Positions 12,870 to 25,565 of a stretch of DNA of 64,000 bases are shown piece after piece. The notes beneath the pieces were generated by a model. That model saw nothing but the letters and a program-made list of their open reading frames with translations. It was not told the DNA's origin and searched no databases. The stretch comes from Carpediemonas membranifera BICM (lineage: Eukaryota; Protista; Fornicata): positions 1 to 64,000 of the forward strand of contig JAHDYR010000012.1 in assembly GCA_019828565.1 (NCBI GenBank). Direction: 5' to 3'. Position 1 is the first letter of the stretch. Every line of letters begins with the position of its first letter. A program made the position numbers and the translations under genes.

Positions 12870-13552
12870 GATCTGCAAGATCGACCAGCCCCTGGATCAC
12901 TTGGGCCTGCCTCCGTGCCCGGCCTGTTGCGATCAATGATGGTGATTACTTGCAACGAACGCGATCACCGGAAATTACCTTACCTTACCTTACCTGCAGG
13001 TACCATGGGTGTTCGTTTTCGTCTCCAAACGCCATGGTGTAAGAGCATAAAGTGCATTTTCTGTTTACTGTGCCGTTGGGGATTGATGGCGCTGGCGTAG
13101 GGGTGCTGTGTGGGCGCCAGGGAAGACGGCGCCAGGGATGAGACGCCAGGGATGAGGGAGCCAAGATGAGGGCGCCAGGGATGAGGCGCCAGGGATGAGG
13201 CGCCAGGGATGAGGCGCCAGGATGAGGCGCCAGGATGAGGGAGCCAAGATGAGGGCGCCAGGGATGAGGAGTACAGTATTTGAACCCCGAAAACGCCATA
13301 TTACCAGCACCAATGAGCTTCATCAACGAAGATGCGCTCACTGGTGCCGGTTATGGCGTTTTCGGGGTTCGTCGATCATTCTGCTCCCAAATCTGCACCT
13401 GAATTTTCTGGAGCATACCCGGGAGCTGGGCCAGACGAGTGGTGCCACAGGGACTAAGCTCCGCTGCTCAGCCTCTGCCAGGCGACACTCGTCTGAATTC
13501 TGCACGAAAAAATTCAGACGACGAATGATGGGCAAAGGGCCGCGAAAACGCT
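12870..13552 (+). repeat. Duplicate of the satellite module (4273-6512) with a contracted array
   Basis: Flanks nearly identical; array about 160 bp versus about 1720 bp. Confidence 0.9.
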
Positions 13553-14459
13553 GATATCAGTCTCACAGCCTCCCTTCATGCGTATAGTCTGCTTCTCAGC
13601 GTTTGAACAGAGCTCACAGACGGTGAACGTCTTGTCATTGTTGTTCTTGTCCTTGCGAGTGACCGTCGAAAAGCTATCATCCTCTGTGTCGGAACTAGCC
13701 CCGCGACACCTCACAGATTCTGTGGACGAACCTGTGGCAGAAGTCGCACTCTAAGACAGTTTCGTCTGTTCTACCGTCAACGAAGAAGAGGCCACGTAAG
13801 TCTGCGCAGTAAGGGCAACACTTGCGGAGGCTGTTCTTCCACATCTTGGCAGTGCTGCCCATGAAGTATTCCGCGTCGGAAGCGCCTGGGTTCGTGTTCC
13901 TAAACTGCTCAGTCATGTGGTTCATGGCCTCAATCATCTCAGCGACGTTGGCACCGTTGACTGACGAAGCTTGCATTGCACGCGTGGAGTCAACGGACAT
14001 AGTGGGCTGCTCAGCGGTCTGAACAGTGGGGTGGGGGGTGGGGACGGCAGGATTGCGGCGCGGCTGGCACACCCGGAAGGCTCTTTGGGAGCTGTCGAGC
14101 TTGGAATTTCGCAAATGATCAATTTCAGCGTCAGTGAGGGTTACAAGCTGGCTGAGTCCGGCTATCAATGCGGCACGCCCTGTATCTGTCGCGTGAATTC
14201 CTTGGTAGATGCCCTTCGTGTTAGGAGAGAGTTTGCGGCCAGCAAGGTTCTCGATAGCCTTGGGTACTGACCTCATGAAGTCCTACTTGCGCGGCATGCG
14301 CTCTAGAATAGTTTTTGGGAGGATTGCAAGGATTGCATCCGCGATGGAGCGACAATCGCATTTCGTGCTTCTCTCTTCCCAACGATAGCATGTTGCGATG
14401 ATTGTGTGCACAATATCACGCACAGTATCTCTTGAAAGCCGCTCCTGGTCTTCTACCAT
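13553..14459 (-). pseudogene. Disrupted copy of the PHD-finger cargo gene
   Basis: Near-identical to 48896-49774, with a nonsense change at 14283-14285, a 28-bp insertion at 13685-13712 and a 3' truncation. Confidence 0.9.
13685..13708 (-). mobile_element. 24-bp internally deleted solo LTR of family H
   Basis: Reverse complement TGTCGCGGGGC-TAGTTCCGACACA equals the two ends of LTR 62554-62628; CCTC TSD at 13681-13684 and 13709-13712; absent from copy 2. Confidence 0.85.
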
Positions 14460-14512
14460 ACTGCCCCACTTTTGTGGGGGTGTAAAAAACTGAGTGCAGT
14501 TTTAAGTTGGAA

Positions 14513-14728
14513 ATGGAATCCTACAGGTATAGAGACTATTACGAAGAGATAGGAACCGTTATAGCTGCAATTGATGCAATATTAGCACATCCAGAACTGT
14601 GGGCGGTAGCAGAGCGTGTTGGAATGGATAGATTAGCAAGAGCGAAGGACTTACTCAATATAGAGCAAGAAAGGGCCAAATGCGGGATTCCGCCATCAAG
14701 TTCAGAAGAGTACAGTGATTCACAGTAA
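14513..14728 (+). CDS. Small hypothetical cargo protein (71 aa), divergent from the PHD gene; identical copy at 49828-50043
   Basis: ATG ORF about 53 bp from the PHD gene start, with natural-looking helical composition. Confidence 0.45.
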   Translation: MESYRYRDYYEEIGTVIAAIDAILAHPELWAVAERVGMDRLARAKDLLNIEQERAKCGIPPSSSEEYSDSQ

Positions 14729-15240
14729 ACCGTAGCGATCTATTGAGTTATATTCAGTTCTGGCCATGTTCGGCTTTTCCGGAATGTCAAAAATTTGACA
14801 CGTCCATTTCTCCAAATTGCTGATTGCCAACGCTAGACCAGACATGCCAGGCTGTAGTACACGTGCTATACTACAACGTGGTGGTTCTGGTTTGCCGTTG
14901 GCAATCAGCAATTTCGAGAACAGACAAACTTCTTTTGCGATTTTTGCAACTTCTGGAGCATATATCATTTGGTACAGACCCAGCCACGCAATAAAAACGC
15001 ATAGCGTGGCTTACCATGGTCGGAACTATCTTAGAAAAGTTTGCGGTAAATATTGAGTAAATATTTAATATAGATCTCGAGATTTAACGTCCCTTAGGTA
15101 GCCCTTGGATGCAAACATCCGCCCAGTAAATTTCGCTGTACAGCTCTAGCCCAAGACAAAAATATGAGGGCTCGAAGTTTTGGCCTTCTCAGAAAAAGGT
15201 GGCAGTATACTGCTACTTTTCTTTGCTTGAGTAGCTGTAT

Positions 15241-15262
15241 TACACCCCCTCCAGACAGCATG
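15241..15262 (-). repeat. Right TIR, copy 1
   Basis: tacaccccctccagacagcatg. Confidence 0.95.
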
Positions 15263-15717
15263 ATTCTAAAGAGACGGAGCTTGTTGACTTCTTGAGTAGG
15301 TCTGAGAGCGCGTCCTAGGCGCTTGATGATCTTGAGGTCCTTCTGGGCTCTGGAGCGAGCGGCACGATGATGTTGATTAAGGAGGAGAGGGATCTCTTCC
15401 TCCGCGTCGTCAAGATCGTCCGCTGGTAGGATTGCTGTCACCATCTCCCGAACCTCGCTGTCGATTAGCTTCTCAATGTCTCGCTTGCCCCCTAAGGCGC
15501 GGTAATCGTTGAACTTGTCCACAAAGATGAACAGTTCGTTCAGATCTGGCGACTTCAGCAACGGGGGATCGGATTTCTTCAGCATTTGAGGGGAATTAAC
15601 GTTAATGTGCCTCGCTAATGCGGAGAATGCTTTTATAGGGAAAGAAGAAGAGAAAACCCTTGTGCCAATAAATGGCTTAAACTGTATAAATGATTAGTGT
15701 GGTCTATGACCACCACA
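15263..15717 (-). mobile_element. Element A, 5' part: gag N-terminus (15263-15585) and 5' LTR (about 15606-15717)
   Basis: PPLLK...DYRALGG...KRLGRALRP matches gag 29596-30618; TGT...ACA-bounded 112-bp segment; outer LTR end inferred because the partner LTR is outside the window. Confidence 0.85.
15595..15606. promoter_or_regulatory. Palindrome at the PBS position of element A (ATTAACGTTAAT)
   Basis: Perfect 12-bp palindrome between the LTR end and the gag ATG. Confidence 0.8.
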
Positions 15718-16649
15718 TGGCCGCTGTGGTCCATGCACGCTGCTGAATCTGCTGGAGGTGCTGTTAGTATTTGTATGTTGCTGTTTGCTTTGGTCTCTGC
15801 ATACCTTTGAGGCATATCTGCATTTGGTCTCAGGATGTTCGTCGATGCACTGTCTCTGAAAGCTTCCCGGATGGTCTATGTTGGTCATATGGTTGCTTAC
15901 TATAAATATGTTCGTTATCTGCGGTCACTGTTTGTTTCTCTGTAATTCTCTGATACTTTTGCTGCGATTCTTCGTTGCCATTTTCGCCTGCATGAAAAAA
16001 AGTTGGCTAATGTATCGTCCTGAAAATCGGTCAGCGTGGCCTTGTGCGGCTCCTGCAACTGTGTAGGGGTCTCAGTTTTCTTCTTTTTCTCTGGTTCGGC
16101 CGTAAACTGCGTTACGGCGAAATGGCGCACTGTCCAAAAATGCACGCTGATTTTCTCGCTGGGTGGTCTCGGGATTTTTAGGACTGACTTCACTCCAGGT
16201 AGTGCCTACATGAGGGCTATCTTTGGTCTCTGTGCCTCTGCTTGATCACTCCTCCTTCACCGCGAACATGCCAAAAACCAAAAGTGGTCGCGGCTTCTCG
16301 GTGTTCTCTGTGGGTTTCCCTGCTTTCTCTGTTAAATCTCTGTTCATTATCCTCTTATAGTGTCTCTGTGTTGGGCGTGGAGCTCCCACTCGCGCCCGGC
16401 GGAGATCCATGAATGCACCTTTGAGTTTGGCGGACAGGAAGCTGAGGCCGCTCCTAGCAAAAGTCCACAAACACCACGAGAAGCAACCAGCGGAAGATGA
16501 TCCTCAAGCATATCGAGGAGGGTCACCTCGTCTTCGTTATCAAGATGGCTGCTCTCCGGTCTTACTACAGATCGCACGCAGATCGCAAGAAAGATAACTA
16601 CTGGGAAGCCGCCTGGAATATTGAGTATGAGTAAAAGTCACATGATGAT

Positions 16650-16934
16650 TTAATCGGGTTCTGGGGTTTGCTTAGCAGACTGGATCATGCAGAACATCAT
16701 GATCGTCTCGTAGATCTTGCAACGAATGGCATCGCGCCGCTCCGCCTCCACACGCTTTTTATCGCCCGGATCCTCGAGAGAGTTGATGAAGGATTGGACA
16801 AGGTCCAATGCAGCCATAGAGATCTTGCGCTGCTTCTTCGACACGTTCAACTGCTTCTGGTTGCGAGCACCAAGCTTCCTTCTCTGCGCGTTAGGCCTTT
16901 TCGGCACTCTTGCCTTCGGATTACTCCTTGCCAT
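16650..16934 (-). CDS. Small basic hypothetical protein (94 aa)
   Basis: ATG ORF immediately downstream of the kinase; K/R-rich N-terminus. Confidence 0.35.
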   Translation of the reverse strand: MARSNPKARVPKRPNAQRRKLGARNQKQLNVSKKQRKISMAALDLVQSFINSLEDPGDKKRVEAERRDAIRCKIYETIMMFCMIQSAKQTPEPD

Positions 16935-16944
16935 GATTGTTTCC

Positions 16945-18219
16945 TTAAAATGCGCGTGAAATCTCAGTGAAATTTTGCACTTTAGGGAAACAACTGCGAA
17001 ACATCAGGGCAAAGTGATGATGAAGAACAAGTAACCCCCGTTGGCAGCAGTCGACCATTCTCTTTCGCTGATCTACAGAGAGTAAGACCTGTTCAGTATC
17101 ATCCAAGAGGAGCGGACTGGTCTTGGCGACGCATTCATGCACGCGCATGATGACCTTGAGCTTTTCAAGACATTCGGCAGTAGTGGGACGCTTCGTTGGG
17201 TCGAAGTGGAGCATCTGCATTGCCAGGTCGTACATTCCGAGGCAAGTGGGTGGCGTTGTGCCGCGAATCGGTAGTGCAGAGTTCACGTTCACGAATTTGA
17301 GACAATCTCTGAGCGGTTCGAGTGTCTTACGTGACAACTGCAACTGCCCACCATAGAAGTGGCACCAGTTCAGCAAGCTACCAAGCTTCAGCATCTTCTT
17401 CTTCTTCTTGTTGTCGATCTGCGCCATGTTTGCACCCATTTCAGTCACCTTCGCGGCAAAGGGGGACTTGGGGAGACCGTAAAAGAGCATCAAAATGACT
17501 ACACCGCACGAGTAAATGTCGGAGGCAGGTGTGACGACATAAGAACAGGCGGGAAGAGCCGATGCAGTCATTCACGTGAGCTTGGAGGTCTCGTATGGCG
17601 CTCGTTGAACTTCCGGAATGACCGAACGCGTAGCGAGACACTCTTTGAACATCTCTGGGGGAAAATACCCATGCGTGCCGCGATATTCGGATGCCGATTT
17701 CAGTTGTATGGCCCAGTTCTCGTCGCTACAAGCCGGCTTCGTCATAACAGAACCAAAGTCAATGAGGTATCCCTTCTGGTCTGTGCTGAAAAGAAAGTTG
17801 TCGGGCTTAATATCGCAATGAACAACTCCGTGGTCATGCATGAAGCATACAGACTGCAGTAGATGCGAAACGAAGCGGAACTGGAGGCTGGGCTCGGCCT
17901 TACAGATGTCGACGAAGGAGATTTGGTCGACATGAGGAGTCATGAAGGCTGGGACATGGTCTACAAAGCCTGTATCGACGACGGGGAGGACATGCGGACT
18001 TTTCTTGAGCGCTAGCAGGGTGGGGACTTCCATATCGTAGTGCTCATCAATCTTGATCACGACCTTCAGCTTGTCAGCTCCAAAAGGTAATGGTCCTGCC
18101 ATGCGGCGAGGAAGGAAGCTAAGCGGAGACCGGCAGCAATGCCGACAAGCATCGTGAGGCCCCGACTGTGAAAGGGAATGGTATGCCCTAGGCCGGGAAC
18201 TAAGGGAATACAGGCACAA
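16945..18219 (-). pseudogene. Ser/Thr protein kinase (non-RD, loosely Cdc7-like) with an in-frame TGA at 17572-17574
   Basis: VVIK, VHCDIKPDNFLF, LIDFGS, GTHGYFPPE, DIYSCGV, FDPTKRPT; the two ORFs abut in one frame; true start uncertain. Confidence 0.88.
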
Positions 18220-18489
18220 GCCTGCCCAAAAGGAAACGACTGCTCGGTTAGAGGCCTCAGCAACCCACCAAAAGGTACGCCCAAAAGGGAATGTCTACAA
18301 AGAGCAGATTAGTGCGCGCAGGGTAACTCCCGCAGTTTATGTCAGAACAACCTGAATGAGAATAATATCGCTAAACAGCGAAGGGCACCTAGCGGGCGCA
18401 AACGATTACAGCGGATCCATAGCCTTATCCATCCACAAGAGGATAAGGACTGATGCGATCCTCCAGGAAACCAAGCGGTACGGTAACAC

Positions 18490-19265
18490 TGTGCCCTTAA
18501 CCTGCGGAATTCATAAACAGTCTTTATCATATTTCTGGGCCCTAGCACGGCACAGTATCGATACTGCCGATTCAAATGAAGACTCTTACAATTGACACCC
18601 CGTTCGCCGTCGAGAGAGCGCTCCAGGAGTACCTCTCGGCGATGCCCCACGAGAAGAATCCAATTTCGTTCATTAGGGCATTGTCCCCCGAGACAACAGA
18701 AAAACTTCGCGCCCAGTGGCGCCCAACCACTCTTTTTGACACTTTCGAGGACCTGCAACGAACCGTTCTGTCCGATTCCGATGCTCGCCGCGCGGCGAAC
18801 ACAAGCTCTGCCAGTACTGCGGCGCGAGCCCGTACAACGAAGACCGACAACCTCACCGCCATCTGGGTAGAGGAGGTACAGAAGACCATAAGAAAAGCCA
18901 CGTTCGCCGCCTGTAGCGAGTGTGCAGCTAAGCACAAGGACCCCACCCTGACAGCAATGACCCGGGAGTGCCTTGAAGCTCAACATCCCCAGATACTGAC
19001 TGACTGCGGCAAGAAGGCCCGCGACTTCTTCACCCAGCTGACCGACGACCACGACATCGCAAACGTCGAGACAGTCGCACGGCCTGGCAACCTGACCGGC
19101 CCGGACGGCGAAGACGTCTCGGTGGCGTTCGTGTACATGCCCCCAGTGCCCGAGGAGACCAAGCCCGCCCCCTCTTCGGCGGCTTGGCCAGTCTTCGATG
19201 TCGGAGACGTCTACGCTTTCCTCGCCAAGGAGGCGACCTCCATCGCCCCCTACCTCGCATATACC
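18490..19265 (+). mobile_element. Gypsy element I, 5' fragment: LTR ending at 18554 and gag from 18576, truncated
   Basis: gag RPTTLFDTFEDL resembles element G gag IPTTRFPTFEDF; LTR start uncertain (18340 or 18490). Confidence 0.65.
18553..18566. promoter_or_regulatory. Palindrome at the PBS position of element I (CAGTATCGATACTG)
   Basis: Perfect 14-bp palindrome overlapping the terminal CA of ...GGCACA, 10 nt before the gag ATG. Confidence 0.75.
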
Positions 19266-19622
19266 CTCTTGACTAGTAGCATCCGTGATATTCTTGTCGA
19301 GTTGTCTCTCGACGGCATCGATAGAAGCTTCGTCGAGGAACACACGGTAGTTTGCGGCTGGGAAGAATACTCGCAGGCGATCGACGTCCTGGCGGTAAGT
19401 CTTCACGGCGGAGCGGGTGAGCTCCGTGAGCTTGGGGAAATTGCTTTGCGTGATGTTGGCGAACATGGACTAGTTAATTAACTGTGCCGGGCCTTTGGGG
19501 CGGTGCTAGCAAAAAGTGAGGTGAAAGTATTTAAGATACGATACGGCCCTGCCGCGGGCCGGGGGAGACCAAATCGGATCGGCTAAATATATCATGATGT
19601 GTTAACATCATGATATGTAACA
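19266..19622 (-). mobile_element. Gypsy element B, 5' fragment: LTR about 19483-19622 and about 67 codons of gag from 19466
   Basis: FPKLTELT...VFFPAANYRVFLD resembles element C gag PKLALQELS...IFYPAATYAAFLD; palindrome AGTTAATTAACT at 19472-19483. Confidence 0.75.
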
Positions 19623-19899
19623 TGTAAATGAAAGGCCGAGCCCGGAGTGGTCACCAGGGCCGTCAGGTCCTGACAGCTGTGAGGTGGGCTTCTACCTGCC
19701 CCCAGTCCCAGTCTGGGTTGTCTCTCATCCAGAACGCTGTTGCTAGTCTGGTGTAGAATATGCAGACATCTGCTAGGGCACAGTGGCAGTGGTGGGGTGC
19801 GTGCTTGTGGTAGGGGCACACCACTTTTGCCTCCGGGCGCTGTTGGTACCTTCTGGTCCAGGTCCGGCCCAGTTCGGACTGGGTTCGGGAGGGGAGGCC

Positions 19900-22800
19900 T
19901 GTTCGTTTCGCAGACGAAACGGGGGGTGAAGCTTTACAAGCAAAACGAAAAGACGATTCGGGACCCTGCCCGGGGATCGGATCGGATCATCAATCAAATA
20001 AATATTTGATTGAAGTGCCGCGCTGACACTTCCCTCCCAGTGGTAACGACCACGAGTAACGGGCGCGGCGGCGAGGACTGGTCTATGATATTTCATCCAA
20101 AACCCATCAAATGCGATGGTTTGATTAGATAGTTGAGCGTGAAGACGAACAACTCCATTGAAGGAGGTTATTGAGCTAAAGAGCTCCTGCCGGTGCTGAA
20201 AATGACCTCCATTGGCCTCAATAGGCCCTCGTTGGCGAGATACGAGAACTTTCACGAAAGCTTCGGATCTTCGACGGGATTCTTCCTCGCAAGCGGTCCA
20301 TTAGTCTCAATTAAGCAACATCAAGCTTCTCAGACAGCAGTTTATAGTTTAGGACGTGCTAAGGTCCCGATCAGATGGGGATCATCATCGCCAGCGGCGA
20401 CGACGAGCCAGCGTCTCGAGGGGTGCCACAGCCGTCGGGTGATCCAGTAGATAGGCGTCCAGGGCTTGCAGGCGGTAGTTCTCCTGGTTTAGCGGGATCT
20501 AGGAGTCCTCCTCGGGCTCATAGCCCTTCCAGCGGACACGGAGACGGCGACCCTTCATGTCGAGGTCCTTGACGGACTCGACCTCAAACTCACGGTCTTG
20601 GCGGGCTACGAGTGCCCGAAGTTCTGCGAGTGACTGGCCTCGGCGGCGGTGGAAAGGCCGGAGGCGCTCTGACGCGACGGTGAACTGGTCGGCGTCGTCG
20701 GTGAGGGACTGAATGATGACCGATCCCTTGACCTTCCCCTCCTGTATGACGCGGAACGGGCCGCGCCACTTCATGGCCAGCTTCATCGGCTTGATGGGGG
20801 CCAGCAGTACGAGGCTCCCGCTGGTATAAGCTCGGTAGGTCGTGGACGCAACACGGCCGAGCTTCTTGGCATGGTCGCGGGAGACAGAGTTCCTGGCTCG
20901 TGTGTAGCGCTCCTCCCGACTCTGAGTATCCTTGTGGAAGCCGTCGTGACCAAAGAGGAGGGTCAACGGGGACTGATGGGTCACGGGGTGTACTCGCGAG
21001 TTGAGTATGAGGGCCACTTGCGGGAGCATGTCGCTCCAAGCGGCTTCGTGTTCATCTACGAGCGTCCTCATGTGACGGGCGATCTCAGCATTCATGCGTT
21101 CGACCTTTCCGTTTGCTTGGGGGTGGTACGGCGTAGAGAAGCGGTGTTCGATCGTGAGGCTTCTTGTGAGCTCTTCGATTAAACTGTTCTTGTACTGCGA
21201 GCCTTGGTCCGTCTGTATGAACTCCGGCACGCCGAACGCGGCGCAGAACTTGTAGATTGCGTCGGCGGCGTCTTTTGCTGACGTAGTGTGCGTCGGGAAT
21301 AGAGAAACGTGTCGAGAGAACGCGTCTACGATCACGACGACGTACTTCTGGCCGTGTTCGTCCTGGGCAAACGGGCCCAGGGTGTCGACCTGGACGGACT
21401 GGAAGGGTATTGTCCGCAGGTCTGGGTGTTGGGGGACCGGCAAGCGCTGGCCTGGGCGGACACGCTGGCACTCGGTGCACGTTGTGAAGAAAAAAAGCTC
21501 GGGCATCCTCCCACATGCCGGGCCACTGGACGCCCGCCTTTCGCAGACGGCGTATCATCTCGGGGGGGCCCACATGACCAACCGCGGTGTTGTGCACCTT
21601 GGTGAGCTCAGCTTGTGGGTCGATCATGACGAAGTCCTCGCCTCTCCCGTTCACGTGCACAGCGTAGACAGTGTCGACGTTGAGGTCGGGGAGGACACGA
21701 GATAGGGCGTCTGCTACCGTGTTAGCCTCGCCAGCGACATGTTCGAGAGTAAACGTGAATTCGTTCATCGTAATGCGCCAGCGAGCGATCTTCGCGTTCT
21801 GAGGGTACCTCTTCCGGATAAATACCAGGTTACGGTGATCGGTGTGGACGTGGAGCTTGGGATGGCACTTCAGGAGCGGCGTCAACTCGGAGGAGGAGAG
21901 GGCGTGTAGGATTCCATATAACTCCTGCCTCATATGTGGACCATGCCTTCTGTGTGGTCGTGAAGCTCTTGGCGAAGAATGCCACTACTTCAGCGTCCGG
22001 CGCGTCGGGTCGGCCTTGGATAAGTACACCGCCTACTCCCCTGCGTTGAGGCGTCGGTGAACAGATGCCACTCCTTCGACAGGTCGGGATAGGCCAGGGT
22101 GACCCGGGAGCGGACCTGCTCTTTAAGGCAGGTGAGGGCATGCTCGTGGCGAGCCTCCCAGGTGATGGTGACCGTCTTGCTGCGGTTCTTGGAGCCTGCC
22201 TTTGCGGGGACGCCAGCCAAGAGCTCCGACAGCGTCGCGAGGTGTTTCTGAGCTTGGGGGAGGTGTCGGGCCACATAGTTGAACTTACCCAGCACCATGC
22301 GCAGCTCCTTCAGGTTGCAAGGGCTACGGAGCTCCGTGAGAGCCTTGATGCGGTCTTCGGTCACTCTGATGCCCTGTTTGTCCATGATAAACCCAACAGA
22401 AGTGATCTCTGAGGCACCGAGCGTGCATTTGGCGGCTCCGAGGCGGAGGCGGGCCTTCCGGAGGAGCTCGAAGACGCAGCCAAGGATCGTCATGAATTCC
22501 TTGGGAGACCTAGCATAGATGAGGACGTCGTCTAGGTATACTTCCACGCCACGGTGGAGCACGGGTGCTAGTACCGTTTGCATGATGCGTTGGAAATAGG
22601 ACGGGGCACGGGTGAGGCCGAAGGGGACCCGGCGGTACTGGAAGTATCCGTCGGGTGTGACAAAGGCTGACAGCGGAAGGTCTTCCTCTCGAAGTGGGGC
22701 CTGGTGATAGCCTTGCTTGAGGTCTAGCGAGGCAAACACCGTGCAGCCTGCGGCTGCGCGAAGGAACTCCCGGATGTTAGGTAGCGGGAAGTTGTCTGGC

Positions 22801-24730
22801 GGCGTCAGGCGGTTGATCTGCGTGTAATCAACGCACAGTCTCATGCGTCCGTCCTTCTTTCCGACCACAACAATGGGGCTGGCCCAAGGGCCTTGGCTCG
22901 GCTCGATGATGCCGGCCTGAAGGAGACGCTCGCATTCAGCATCGACTGCGTCTCTGGCCTGCGGGGCAAGACGGCGCGGTGCAGACTGGACTAGAGGGGC
23001 ATCTTCCGCGATGGGGATGTGCATCGGCGGCACATTGGCGCCCTCTGGGGGAATATCGCTGAAGAGCTCGGCGTATTGATTCACGAGCTCAACTATCTCC
23101 GGGCGGAGGTCGTCGTTCGGGATCTGAATGAGCGATAGCGGGTCCTCGGTGGCTGGAGCGATGGAGAACACAGGTAGCGGGATATCGTCATCCTTGGGGT
23201 TGTCGGGCTGGGCGCTGAGCTTCAGGAATAGCTCGTCCTTACACAGGACTCCCAGGCTCCGTAGCGTGTCGGTCCCAATCAGAACCTTCTGAGATTGTCC
23301 GGGAATGACGGCGGCGATGATCGTGGTGTGGACCGGGCTACCGACTAGGGTGGCAGTGAGGGAGGTCTCGATGAACTCATCCACAGATAGGGTACTGCCG
23401 AAGGCCGGGGTGGCCGTGATGGGCTCTCGGGCGACGAGTTTGGCGCTCTTGGCCTCAAGAAGCATGTGCGCGAGAGGCTCGGTGATACACGTGACGGAAG
23501 CACAGGTATCGATGATGGCGCGCATAGAAATGTCACCGATCGCGGCTTCCACGGTAAGAGGTCCCGTGGACGCGGAGGTATCACCGTCTAAGAGGAAAAC
23601 CTCATGATCTTCGACCTGTTCTCCATTATCGAGGGTGTTCACCACGCGAGGGGCACTTTGGCGAGCGGTGTTGCCTCTGGCGGGGCGAAGGGATCCATTC
23701 TCTCGGTTCCATGCTCTGCGGCCTGCGCGATAATCGGGAGCCCAGAAATTTCCAGGGGATTCGCGTGGCTGGGCGAAGGTCTGGCGTCTCTGGTCGGGAT
23801 TATTCCGCGGCTGATCCTGGCGGCCCGGGTTGGGTCCGGTCAGCGGCTTGGGACGATAGGGGGTTATGAGGCCCTGACGCTGAGGCCCAGTGGGGGCATG
23901 GCCCCGACCCGCGTAGTATCCGAAGCGCTGGGCCTTCTCGCGGGCCTCGTCATCTTCATCCGCGATCTTGAGAGTTAGCTGGATGAGGTCCTGCAGAGAG
24001 GACGGACGTTCTACACGTTGGGCATAGTCAACGGCATCTCTGAAGGCGGCGGGCCTCAAGCCCTGCGCAAAGATGCGCTGATGAGCCCGAGAGGCCGACG
24101 TGGTCTCGCTGGCGGCCGGAACGGTGGTATCGGCCGGGGGCTCTGGTTCGGTGCCGTCAGTGTTCCCGGCGAGGATGGATTCGTCCGCCTCAGGGGTAGC
24201 TGGCGGGGTGGCCATGAACTCCGCAGAGCCCAGGACATCTGTAAACGCACGAGCATAAGCTCGGATAAGGTTGGCGCGCGACACGGCGTGGTTCGCATCC
24301 ACCTGGCACTTCACGGCCTCCAGACGGAGACGGAGGTCTTGAGGGTCTCGGGGCGCCAAGAGCTGGTTAACCCAGCGGATTACGTCGTCGTCGGACTGGG
24401 AGGCCAGCGAAACGTTGTGCTGGACCTCTAGGGCACCTTGGAGTTCAGCGTCTAGGAAGGCAGCGTATGTGGCTGCGGGGTAGAAGATTTTGAACTGGAT
24501 CATCGTTCTCTTGAAGTTGGCCCAGGTCTTTGGGCTCAATTCTTGTAGTGCTAGTTTAGGAACCGGCACAGGAACGTTCTGCATCAAACTAGTATTAATA
24601 CTGTTTGTTTCGCAGACGAAACGGGGGGTGAAGCTTTACAAGCAAAACAAAAAGACGATTCGGGACCCTGCCCGGGGATCGGATCGGATCATCAATCAAA
24701 TAAATATTTGATTGAAGTGCCGCGCTGACA
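19900..24730 (-). mobile_element. Full-length Ty3/Gypsy element C (4.8 kb) with chromodomain integrase
   Basis: 129-bp LTRs at 19900-20028 and 24602-24730 (2 mismatches); GGCC TSD; PPT at 20029-20040; palindrome AGTATTAATACT at 24591-24602. Confidence 0.97.
20440..24587 (-). pseudogene. gag-pol polyprotein of element C (gag-PR-RT-RH in one ORF, then frameshifts; integrase plus chromodomain)
   Basis: IIDTCAS, LDLKQGYHQ, YLDD, FTDAS, TDHRNL, VDTLGP...QTDQGSQY...GKVER, FEVESV...VRWKGY; 3' end approximate. Confidence 0.92.
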
Positions 24731-25565
24731 GGCCGGTGAGGCTCTTCTCCCCCCTTTTGGGGTAGAACCAGGTCAGCGCGTCGAGGATGTCGGGGAAGAT
24801 CGCGTTGAGGTCAGTCTCGTCCATGAGGCGTAAGCTTAGCCAGGTGCTGTGGTTCAATGGGTGTTGAACTTTTTACTGAGGAGAAGACTCGACACAAGGG
24901 TGTCGAGGAGAAACTCCTTGACTATTAAATATAACGTAAATCTGTGTAACTTTGGGTAGGACCCACAACACTGCCCCTCCATGCCTGGTATAGGCATGAC
25001 AGAGAGACTTGACGTCAGCATTTCACCAAAGGCCTGGACGGTGCCACCCGACCGCCAACGGTGACTCATAGGGCTGGCAACCCCATGGCCTGAGTGCTTT
25101 CGCATCTAGCTGAACGAAATCAAAATGATGGTATCATGATCTAACTGCGGTACCGCTATGTGAGCTCTGTTTCAAAAATGGTGAAACGTGACGGAGAGGC
25201 TTACCACTGCCCCTCCACGGCCTTCCTAGGCCGTCTTCACAAACCTTATACGTGTTATATGCCATTCCATGTAATTCGAAGGCCAAGAACGATTGCTCTA
25301 GCAAACACTGCCAATGCTGAGCCCTTATCGCTCATAATCACACAGACGCCGAAAAACGTACTTAGAAGCTCCAATTCGGCTCCGTTGAGGAGTTCTGAGG
25401 CTTCTAATTTTCTGCGTCCAACTGTACTTGAATAACAACATCAAACTGACCGGAAGGAGCACTAGGAAGCTCCTAATGCCTTATTACCGACAATAAATGC
25501 ATGCTTGAAGACTAAGATGACCTTGTTAGTTGTTCCTTCGACCGTTTCCGAGAAAAGTGCAGGAT

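Larger units (their letters stand above)
3180..15262 (+). mobile_element. Large TIR DNA transposon, copy 1 (non-autonomous, 12.1 kb), inserted into gag of element A
   Basis: 22-bp TIR CATGCTGTCTGGAGGGGGTGTA at 3180-3201 and inverted at 15241-15262; AT duplicated at 3178-3179 and 15263-15264; removing the element restores gag in frame (...KLRLFR-ITAKDF...). Confidence 0.93.

Noticed and set aside
17572-17574. TGA readthrough or alternative genetic code in the kinase
   Set aside because: Single instance; other long ORFs show no in-frame TGA; a nonsense mutation or a small intron is simpler
18342-19481. Overlapping 374-aa and 301-aa ORFs as a real bidirectional gene
   Set aside because: They are two truncated gag genes fused tail to tail near 19265, each reading into the antisense strand of the other
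19623-19899. Identity of the GC-rich sequence into which C and D inserted (continues at 24731-24847 and 30763-30895)
   Set aside because: Looks like a coding remnant but no diagnostic motif could be recognised
24580-24730. tRNA PBS or Tf1-type self-priming for the LTR elements
   Set aside because: No TGG-initiated site after any 5' LTR. Tf1-type priming would require the same palindromic sequence inside the LTR, and it is absent from the paired LTRs of C, D and G
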